Origin: Candidatus Latescibacterota bacterium
Lineage (GTDB): Bacteria; Latescibacterota; UBA2968
Assembly (NCBI GenBank): GCA_965116885.1
Contig: OZ220741.1
Coordinates: 5,344,001-5,408,000, forward strand
Direction: 5' to 3'
Length of the DNA: 64,000 nt
The position numbers and the translations under genes are program-made. This document shows, one piece after another, positions 56,722-64,000 of the stretch. The stretch's first letter is position 1. Every line of letters starts with the position of its first letter. Below the pieces are notes generated by a model. That model saw only the letters and a list, made by a program, of their open reading frames with translations, ran no database searches and was not told the origin of the DNA.

Positions 56722-58929
56722 ATGATAGAAAAACCCGACATGACAGAGGAACAAATTCGCAGCTATTACGGCTGGGCAGAAATCGATCCAGACCGGGCGG
56801 TTATCGCCGGTGAAACGGGCACATGGCGCATTGTATATCACGCGGGCAAATACGGAATAGACGATGGCGGCGTAATCAAAATCGCCTGGCGCGACGTAAG
56901 CGACTGGCAGCGACCGCAATTTGACGACCCCGCCGCGCCTGCTTATGCATCGGTCTCGACCACGGGACCGGCGACCTTAAAAGCCGTATTTGACAGACAG
57001 CGCTATATTCGACCGTGGCGATATTGCGTGACCATTGATGTATTTGACGACTCATTGTCCGAAGGCGACACCATAACACTAATATTGGGGGACACATCCG
57101 GCGGAAGTCCGGGCAGCCGCGCCCAAACCTTTTGCAAAGATGCATTTGAATTTCGCGTATCGGTTGACTGGTGCGGCACATGGGTATATACAGAAGTACC
57201 ATCCCCCAAAGTACCAATCGTGAGCGGTGCGCCCAATAACCTCGTCGTACTGGGACCTTCTGAAACAACCCCGGGGAAAACCACCTGGATCGGAGTAAAA
57301 GCCGAAGATGTGTGGGGCAACCCGTGTGCAGAATACAGAGGCACGGTAAAAATCGATGCAGATGGACTGGACGGATTACCCGAAACTTATGCATTTCAGC
57401 CAGAGCATCACGGCGTCATGCGATTTGAAAATGTGGTAGCCCCCACAACGGGCATTTATCGCGTACAGGTTAGAGATGAAAACAGTGGCATTGAGGCAGA
57501 ATGCAATCCACTAATATGCATTGAAACGCGCAAAGGCGCGCAACCCTTTTGGGGAGACCTGCACGGACAAAGCGAAGAAACAGTGGGAACAAATCCGGTC
57601 TCATCCTACTTTCGCTTTGCACGAGAAAAAGCGTGGATGGATTTTGCGGGACATCAGGGAAATGACTTTCAAATTACAGAAGCAATCTGGAATGAAATCA
57701 AACACCAGGCCAACACACAAAATACTGCGGGCAAATTCGCGGCCTTTGTCGGTTGGGAATGGTCGGGCAACACGCCTTCAGGCGGCGATCACAACGTCTA
57801 TTATCCCGGTGACGATGGCCCATTGCACCGCTCCAGCCATGTCCTCATCGAAGACAAATCAGATATAGATACAGATTGCCAGCACATAACCGACCTCTAC
57901 CGCGCGCTCAAGGGAAAAGACGCGCTACTAATACCGCACGTGGGCGGGCGCTATGCCAACCTGACCTGGCACGACCCAAACCTGGAGACCGTAATCGAGG
58001 TTTTATCCGAATGGGGCGAATTTGAATGGTTCTTAAAAGAAGCCCTTGAAAAAGGCTATCGAGTGGGATTCACCTGTGGCAGTGACGACCACAAAGGCCG
58101 CCCGGGCGCCGCGCATCCGGGCAGTGGCGCATTCGGCATCTACGGCGGCATCACCTGCGTATATGCAAAAGAATTGACGCGAAAAGGCATCTGGGAAGCG
58201 ATAAAAACAAGGCGGTGTTACGGCACCAGTGGACAGCGCATCCTCATAGACGTCACCGTAGGTGGACAGCCCATGGGATCGGACCTCGCAACAAATACAC
58301 CTCCCGAAATCGCAGTCAATGTCTGGGGCACAGCACCAATAGAAAAAGTAGATATCTTCAGAGGCACGGAAATCATCTACACACACCCCCAAACCATTCC
58401 CCGACATCAAACAGACATACGCATTGCGTGGTCCGGGCAGCGCATTCGGGCGCGCAACCGACTCGTGCGCTGGGATGGCGAAGTAACAATAGACAAAGGG
58501 AGAATCACAGACGCCAGAGGCTTTGCCTTTGATTCCGCATCCGAAGGCATCCAATCAGCCAGCGACCAATCGGTAACCTGGACATCGGTGACAACCGGCG
58601 ATGCAGACGGCATCATATTAACCCTGGACGCTCCGCCCGATGCAACACTCAAATTTGGAACACCCGTCTTGTCGCAAGCGTTAAAACTTACAGAAATCGC
58701 ACAAAGACCAGTTGTAATCGACGCAGGTGGAATTGATATGCAAGTCGTATTTGAACAAATGCCCACAGGCATTGGACGAGACATCGCATTTACCCATACC
58801 GAAAACCAGTTGCATCCCGGCTGCCATCCCTATTGGGTGCGCGTAACGCAAATCGATGGCGGGAAAGCGTGGGTGAGTCCGGTATATGTGAAGTGTGATC
58901 CGCAGATGAACGCAGATGAACGCAGATGA
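56722..58929 (+). CDS. DUF3604-like protein (PHP-like metallohydrolase core)
   Basis: WGDLHGQSEET, HQGND, GWEWS..T..GGDHNV, PHVGGR and SDDHKGRPG. Confidence 0.7.
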   Translation: MIEKPDMTEEQIRSYYGWAEIDPDRAVIAGETGTWRIVYHAGKYGIDDGGVIKIAWRDVSDWQRPQFDDPAAPAYASVSTTGPATLKAVFDRQRYIRPWRYCVTIDVFDDSLSEGDTITLILGDTSGGSPGSRAQTFCKDAFEFRVSVDWCGTWVYTEVPSPKVPIVSGAPNNLVVLGPSETTPGKTTWIGVKAEDVWGNPCAEYRGTVKIDADGLDGLPETYAFQPEHHGVMRFENVVAPTTGIYRVQVRDENSGIEAECNPLICIETRKGAQPFWGDLHGQSEETVGTNPVSSYFRFAREKAWMDFAGHQGNDFQITEAIWNEIKHQANTQNTAGKFAAFVGWEWSGNTPSGGDHNVYYPGDDGPLHRSSHVLIEDKSDIDTDCQHITDLYRALKGKDALLIPHVGGRYANLTWHDPNLETVIEVLSEWGEFEWFLKEALEKGYRVGFTCGSDDHKGRPGAAHPGSGAFGIYGGITCVYAKELTRKGIWEAIKTRRCYGTSGQRILIDVTVGGQPMGSDLATNTPPEIAVNVWGTAPIEKVDIFRGTEIIYTHPQTIPRHQTDIRIAWSGQRIRARNRLVRWDGEVTIDKGRITDARGFAFDSASEGIQSASDQSVTWTSVTTGDADGIILTLDAPPDATLKFGTPVLSQALKLTEIAQRPVVIDAGGIDMQVVFEQMPTGIGRDIAFTHTENQLHPGCHPYWVRVTQIDGGKAWVSPVYVKCDPQMNADERR

Positions 58930-58940
58930 ACGCAGATGAA
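58901..58940. repeat. tandem 10-mer (CGCAGATGAA)x4
   Basis: Four perfect copies; contains the stop codon of the upstream gene. Confidence 0.92.
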
Positions 58941-58967
58941 AAAGAAACATAAAAACAGGAGATATAA

Positions 58968-59939
58968 ATGAACGAATATGCAGTCACATTCACCGAACGC
59001 GAAACCGCAAAATTGTTACCAGTTGAAATCGACACAGACGCGATCGGTGCAGACGAAGTCGCGGGTCATACCCTTGCAACCCTCATCAGCGCGGGCACGG
59101 AATTAAACAGCGGGTATCTCGGCAACAATTTTCCCAGACAATCGGGGTACGCAGCGGCATTCAAAGTAGAAAAAGTGGGAGAAAATGTCGCGGACATTTC
59201 CCCGGGCGACCTCGTCTTCTGCCCGGGCAATCACGCATCCTACCAGCGAAAACCAGCCTCACAGGTCATTCGCCTGCCCGACAACCTCACGCCAGAAACA
59301 GCTGTATTTGCCCGCATGATGGGTGTCTCAATGACCACCCTCACAACCACCTCGGCGCGGCCACCTGCCAAAATTCTCATCACTGGACTCGGCCTCGTTG
59401 GCCATCTCGCAGCCAAAAACTTTCAAGCCTGTGGCTACGAAGTCTATGCCAGTGACCCGGTCACATCGCGGCGACAAATTGCCTCGGAGACGGGAATTCA
59501 CAATGTACTGGATGCCGTGCCATCGGAAAATTCCGACCTCTCGGGCCAATTCCACCTCGCCATTGAATGCTCGGGGCACGAACAGGCTCTGCTCGATGCG
59601 GCAGGCGCCGTGAGAAAACGCGCCGAAGTCGTCTGCATTGCCTCTCCCTGGCGCCGATACACGGACTTGCTCATACACGACTTGCACCGCCTCATCTTCT
59701 TTAACTACGTCACCATACGCAGCGGCTGGGAATGGGAACTCCCGCGCCAACCGGAAGACTTTCGCACCAACAGCGTCTTTGAAAACTTTGCCGGTGCCCT
59801 CAAATGGTTGGCCGAGGACCGCGTCAACGTCGATAACATCTACACAAAATACGATCCCGAAAGGTGCCAGCAAGCATATCAGGACCTTTTGCACAAAAAA
59901 ACCGAACGCCTCGCGGTCGTCTTCGACTGGACGACTTGA
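58968..59939 (+). CDS. medium-chain (zinc-binding ADH-like) dehydrogenase
   Basis: LISAGTE, SGYAA, GDLVF...HASY, GLGLVG and IECSG. Confidence 0.82.
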   Translation: MNEYAVTFTERETAKLLPVEIDTDAIGADEVAGHTLATLISAGTELNSGYLGNNFPRQSGYAAAFKVEKVGENVADISPGDLVFCPGNHASYQRKPASQVIRLPDNLTPETAVFARMMGVSMTTLTTTSARPPAKILITGLGLVGHLAAKNFQACGYEVYASDPVTSRRQIASETGIHNVLDAVPSENSDLSGQFHLAIECSGHEQALLDAAGAVRKRAEVVCIASPWRRYTDLLIHDLHRLIFFNYVTIRSGWEWELPRQPEDFRTNSVFENFAGALKWLAEDRVNVDNIYTKYDPERCQQAYQDLLHKKTERLAVVFDWTT

Positions 59940-60053
59940 GATCCGCAGTTAGACACAACCTTAAAAATAAGGAGATGACAGCCAAATAGCTCCGAGTTTG
60001 TTTTCCACAGTTTCACTCTTAGAGCCGGGGGAACTCTTACAAGGAGGGTTGTC

Positions 60054-61760
60054 ATGTCGAGATGTATTCGCAGTATAGTCGCCGTCTCACTCGCCGCAGG
60101 CGTGATATTGAGCTGTGGTAGCGAGCGCGTGACCCAGTCGCAGGTGGCAAATGAACAGGTCGGACAGCCATTGAGCAAATTGGCTGCGGACCACCATACA
60201 TCATCTGCTATGGTGATGGCTACTTTGCGACAGGATGACGCGCCCGTAAGCGATGCCACAGTCGAATTTTCGCGTTCTATTGCGGGTCAGGTTCCGGATT
60301 ACGCATGGTCTGGGATCACCGATGACAATGGTCAGGCGCGCGTGGAAATTATGTCACAAAATGTGACGGGTTATTACCAGGCACGCGCCATAAAGGACGG
60401 GAATACAATCGGTTCCTGGTCGAGCATACCAATTAACGGAGGTTATGAAATAATGCTCGACTTGCCCGTTGGAGGAAAAGCACAGGTGATGGGTTCGACC
60501 CCAATAAGACCAGGGGAGCCACCAACCCAATTCACCGTGCGTATTGAGAACATCTCACCCACTTTTCCCTTTATAGGGAGCGGAGCCTTTGCCGTACCAT
60601 TGGGCGCAGATGGTCCCGGTCCACTCCCGCCAGGTCAGTCTTATGGATTCTCGTTTGAAGCACCGCCGGGAACCAAATTGTCCTTTGCCACGATGTTTGT
60701 GCAATCCAACGATCTATTCTATGCCCCCGATGAAGATGGCATCGCGCTTTGGGATGATGCGGGCAACAGAACATCGGGCGATGTAACGGATCAGATCATG
60801 TTGTGGGATTCGGGCACAGAAGTAAATCAACCCATCGGCACGGGTGCAGATCAGGCCCCGCGTCAAAGCGGTGCAAACACGGGCGCGGCTGACGAAGATA
60901 ACACCGTCCGCATCATCATGGGCGACGACATTCCCGCAGTTGACAGCGTAATCCGCGTAACAATCACGCCGTCAGAAGATTCCGCTACGGGTTTTGGCGT
61001 ACAAATTGAGAATGTGTGGACCGGAGAGCAGCCGCAACTACTGGCACCGGGTGTATTTGTTATCCATACGACGCCTGCGCCGCTATTCACATCGGGTTCC
61101 CCCGATACAGGCATGGGCCTCGAAGCACTCGCCGAAGATGGAAATCCGGGGGGCCTGGCAGAGGCTTTGAGCATACACACAGGCGTGACCGGGATACTGG
61201 CACCGGGTGTATTTGTCGTGCATAAGGAATCTGGCGTATTGTTCACATCGGGTTCGCCCGATACGGGCATGGGCCTCGAAGCACTCGCCGAAGATGGAAA
61301 CCCGGGCGGCCTCGCGGAGATGTTGAGCATGCACACTGGTATGATGGGAATACAGGCGTCGGGCGCGTTTGCCGTACCCGAAGGTGCAGATGGTCCCGGA
61401 CCTGTGCCCCCTGGCGGCGCGTATGTCTTTAGCTTCAGCGCATCATCAGGCGCACGTCTGTCCTTTGCCACGATGTTTGTCCACTCCAACGACCTGTTCT
61501 TTGCCCCCGACGAGGAAGGTATTCCCCTCTTTGGAGCGGATGGATCGGCAATGATGGGCGATATCACATCAATGATCCAATTGTGGTATGCCGGAACAGA
61601 GATCAACCAACCCCTCGGTGTTGGCCTCGACCAGGCACCGCGTCAGTCTGGCCCCAACACGGGCGCGCCAGATCCAGACAATACCGTGCGCCTTGCCACA
61701 GGCGACCACATCCCCGCGGTTGGCAACATCATCCGCGTGACGATCACGCCGGGCAATTAA
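60054..61760 (+). CDS. lipoprotein with repeated spondin-N-like domains
   Basis: Lipobox ILSC; two copies of LSFATMFV.SNDLF.AP...W(D/Y).GTE.NQ; two copies of GLEALAEDGNP. Confidence 0.8.
   Translation: MSRCIRSIVAVSLAAGVILSCGSERVTQSQVANEQVGQPLSKLAADHHTSSAMVMATLRQDDAPVSDATVEFSRSIAGQVPDYAWSGITDDNGQARVEIMSQNVTGYYQARAIKDGNTIGSWSSIPINGGYEIMLDLPVGGKAQVMGSTPIRPGEPPTQFTVRIENISPTFPFIGSGAFAVPLGADGPGPLPPGQSYGFSFEAPPGTKLSFATMFVQSNDLFYAPDEDGIALWDDAGNRTSGDVTDQIMLWDSGTEVNQPIGTGADQAPRQSGANTGAADEDNTVRIIMGDDIPAVDSVIRVTITPSEDSATGFGVQIENVWTGEQPQLLAPGVFVIHTTPAPLFTSGSPDTGMGLEALAEDGNPGGLAEALSIHTGVTGILAPGVFVVHKESGVLFTSGSPDTGMGLEALAEDGNPGGLAEMLSMHTGMMGIQASGAFAVPEGADGPGPVPPGGAYVFSFSASSGARLSFATMFVHSNDLFFAPDEEGIPLFGADGSAMMGDITSMIQLWYAGTEINQPLGVGLDQAPRQSGPNTGAPDPDNTVRLATGDHIPAVGNIIRVTITPGN
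61041..61340. repeat. intragenic tandem duplication, 156-bp period
   Basis: ctggcaccgggtgtatttgt...ggcatgggcctcgaagcactcgccgaagatggaaa starts at both 61041 and 61197. Confidence 0.85.
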
Positions 61761-61784
61761 CCAATCACGCAGCAAACATATCAC

Positions 61785-61814
61785 AGGGCGGGTCTTAGGA
61801 CTCGCCCTTTTTTC
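61785..61814 (+). terminator. intrinsic terminator
   Basis: AGGGCGGGTC-TTAG-GACTCGCCCT-TTTTT. Confidence 0.8.
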
Positions 61815-61819
61815 ATGTA

Positions 61820-62581
61820 TCAAATGTGCATACGCAACATAGGCCGACTAAATGAAACGGGCATGTACTCCCCGGTATTCTGACGCTTTGTGCCGGGGAT
61901 CATAAAATGGATGGCAAAAGCCCGACGCTGGCGATCTGTGTGATTGGGCGGGGTGTAGTGCAGGGTTTGGCAATGGTGAAACATCACACCACCGGCGGGC
62001 AACTCGATAATTTCGGCTCTGGATATCTCCACCTGATCTTCGATATCAAACAGGGCATCGGTTTGAGACGAACGCTCGTGAGTAAATGGCCGAAGATGAG
62101 AGCCGGGAATAACGTGCATAGCCCCGTTTTCGACATCGGCATCGTCCAGAGTGAGCCAGCATGAGACGAGATTCGCCGGCATACATTGCCAGTACCCATT
62201 GTCTTGATGCCAGAAAACTGCATCTCCGTTATGTGCGGGTTTGAAGAGCGCTTGATCGTGGAACAGTTGAATATTGGGACCGATGAGCGACTCGGCAATA
62301 TCGAGTATGGGATCGTAGTAGATCAGTTCCCGATAGTGCAGATTGCGCTCACACATTTGCATAATTTGCAGCATCTGTGTGGGCGCCTCGTTTTTTTCAC
62401 TGAGATCGTCGGTATTGCTAATGGCGAGATTGCGGAAGCGGTTATCCTTACGCGCGGCTGCAAATTCGCGGTCGTATTCCCGGCGCAATATCTCGATATG
62501 TTCATCCTCGAGAAGTTTGCCAATCGAGAGATAGCCGTTCTGAAAAAAAAATTCGACTTGCTCCGAAGATAACGCAGACAT
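61820..62581 (-). CDS. phytanoyl-CoA dioxygenase (PhyH) family
   Basis: FFQNGYL, FKP, WHQD, ENGAMHVIPGSH and LHYTPPN.T.RQRRA. Confidence 0.88.
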   Translation of the reverse strand: MSALSSEQVEFFFQNGYLSIGKLLEDEHIEILRREYDREFAAARKDNRFRNLAISNTDDLSEKNEAPTQMLQIMQMCERNLHYRELIYYDPILDIAESLIGPNIQLFHDQALFKPAHNGDAVFWHQDNGYWQCMPANLVSCWLTLDDADVENGAMHVIPGSHLRPFTHERSSQTDALFDIEDQVEISRAEIIELPAGGVMFHHCQTLHYTPPNHTDRQRRAFAIHFMIPGTKRQNTGEYMPVSFSRPMLRMHI

Positions 62582-62600
62582 TGTGTGCTCCTGTCAAAGA

Positions 62601-63623
62601 CTAATCCAACAACTCTTCTGTATAAGCAAACAGCGCGGGCGTCCCTCCCGTATGCACCATCACCACTGTCTCATCCTTGCCAATCTCGCCGCGGTTCACC
62701 ATATCGATCAAACCCGCCAGCGTCTTGCCCGTATAAATCGGCTCCAGCAAAATCCCCTCTGTTCGCGCCAATAGCCGTATCGCGTCATTGCCCTCGGGTG
62801 AACAATACCCATATCCCTGCTCGCCGACATACCGATCCACATTTTCAATCATAGATTCATCAAACGCGACATCCACATCCAAAATCTCCGCCATTCGTCT
62901 CAATACACCCAAAAATGCGTCTTTGAGATCATAAGACCACAAAATGGGCCTCACGCCTACAATCCGCACATCCAGCCCCAAAACGGTCTTCCCAAAAATC
63001 AAACCCGGCTGTGTACAACTGCCCGAACACACAACAACAGTCGTAGGCGTTTCACCTATTGCATCAAACTGATCCATCATCTCGGCCATACACAGCGCGT
63101 AACCCATTGCGCCAAACGGGCGATTGGCCGGTTGCATCACCACAAAAGGCTTTCGCCCTTCGCGCTCAAATTTTTCTATCAACGCCTGCTTGGCATCGTC
63201 CAACAACTCCTGCGTTTCAACATCGATCAGTTCAACATAAGCACCCAATAAATTATCCAACAGCAAATTGCCCTGCGTACTGCCACTCTTGTGATCCTTC
63301 ACCAGAACCAGCGCACAATCCACACCTATCTTTGCGGATGCCGCCGCCAACTGCCGGCTGTGATTGGACTGAGACCCCGCCCCACCAATAAGCACATCCG
63401 CACCGCGAACCAAACCCTGTGCAATCGTAAACTCAAGCTGCCGCGTCTTATTGCCGCCAAACGCCAGACCCGTACAATCATCGCGTTTAATATAAATTTT
63501 TGGACCACCAACCGCTTCTGTCAACCGCTCGCAAAACTCGAGCGGCGTGGGCAAATGCCCCAGCGACACACGCGGCACCTTCTCAATACGTGCTCTCAGT
63601 TCGTCACGGGAAATAACAGCCAT
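62601..63623 (-). CDS. D-cysteine desulfhydrase/ACC deaminase-family PLP enzyme
   Basis: PTPL, KRDD.TGLAFGGNK.R, QSNH, EGILLEPIYTGK and HTGG. GGAGG RBS before MAVISR. Confidence 0.88.
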   Translation of the reverse strand: MAVISRDELRARIEKVPRVSLGHLPTPLEFCERLTEAVGGPKIYIKRDDCTGLAFGGNKTRQLEFTIAQGLVRGADVLIGGAGSQSNHSRQLAAASAKIGVDCALVLVKDHKSGSTQGNLLLDNLLGAYVELIDVETQELLDDAKQALIEKFEREGRKPFVVMQPANRPFGAMGYALCMAEMMDQFDAIGETPTTVVVCSGSCTQPGLIFGKTVLGLDVRIVGVRPILWSYDLKDAFLGVLRRMAEILDVDVAFDESMIENVDRYVGEQGYGYCSPEGNDAIRLLARTEGILLEPIYTGKTLAGLIDMVNRGEIGKDETVVMVHTGGTPALFAYTEELLD

Positions 63624-63636
63624 TATAACCTCCTCA

Positions 63637-63680
63637 GTCAGAATCAGGATGTGCAGGATGGAAGGATGAACAGGATAAAA
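63637..63680. repeat. CAGGAT-rich dispersed repeat
   Basis: gtcagaatcaggatgtgcaggatggaaggatgaacaggataaaa; related to 31738-31822. Confidence 0.6.
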
Positions 63681-63708
63681 GCAAATGCAACCACAGATGA
63701 AGGCAAGC

Positions 63709-63737
63709 GTAGGGGCGGTGCCCCCGTGCCCGCCCGT
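63709..63737. repeat. REP-like GTAG-type palindrome
   Basis: GTAGGGGCGGTGCCCCCGTGCCCGCCCGT; near-identical to the reverse complement of 11881-11909. Confidence 0.75.
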
Positions 63738-63903
63738 CATGGGTGTATATCAGCACAATCGCAGCGTATGGAACGGAATATACACGCATGAAGCAAGCGA
63801 AAATGCCATTGACATTTCATAAGATAGCGAATTATTTGTTAAGGGCAGTACATACGGGGGTTACATCACCAAAAACCATCAATAAAAAGCCAGGGAGGAC
63901 CCC

Positions 63904-64000
63904 ATGAAAATACTCATCACCGGCATCACAGGGCGCATCGGCGGCAACCTGGCAGCGCAACTCGTTGAACAGGGGCATCAGGTACGCGGGCTTGTATGGC
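63904..64000 (+). CDS. NAD-dependent epimerase/dehydratase, partial
   Basis: MKILITGITGRIGGNLAAQLVEQGHQVRGL (GxxGxxG); GGAGG RBS; runs off the right edge. Confidence 0.8.
   Translation, partial: MKILITGITGRIGGNLAAQLVEQGHQVRGLVW

Noticed and set aside
58901..58940. CRISPR array
   Set aside because: Contiguous 10-mers without spacers; no cas genes in the window.
59971..60000. Fluoride riboswitch (GGAGATG start)
   Set aside because: Loop spacing is wrong and the 3' TGATGAC element is absent.
63624..63740. N-terminal extension of the D-cysteine desulfhydrase ORF
   Set aside because: Translated from REP and CAGGAT repeats; the GGAGG RBS supports a start at 63623.

Overview
Bacterial genomic window, densely coding. 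Gene content suggests a sponge-symbiont-like lineage such as Latescibacterota/Gemmatimonadota or Poribacteria; this is inference only, based on PhyH-HEAT fusions, dockerin/cadherin/SwmB and spondin proteins, a beta-propeller sigma54-type regulator and several Gfo/Idh/MocA enzymes. The left edge (1-3600, visibly more AT-rich) is a defence island: a CD-NTase and an S-4TM effector (CBASS) lie in one run with two DNA methyltransferases, and the effector and both methyltransferases overlap. Catabolic genes follow, including a plant-type galacturonokinase with a nucleotidyltransferase and a divergent UxuA-like dehydratase. Next are a TonB-receptor operon and a STAS-wHTH/nurA/HAS-barrel/herA operon with a palindromic operator. 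The core block is thrS-infC-rpmI-rplT, zapB-zapA-rny-ymdB-xseAB-nadK-recN and mqnE-mqnC-mqnA, followed by rarA and accessory genes. Signals outside the ORF track: a ~345-nt highly structured minus-strand RNA with its own promoter and terminator (11945-12292), a leader-peptide attenuator-like switch ahead of a sigma-region-4 protein with a second structured RNA behind it (54291-55210), a 41-aa membrane microprotein, and REP-like repeats. No rRNA, tRNA, CRISPR array or transposase was recognised. All family calls are from motif recognition by eye, not database searches.
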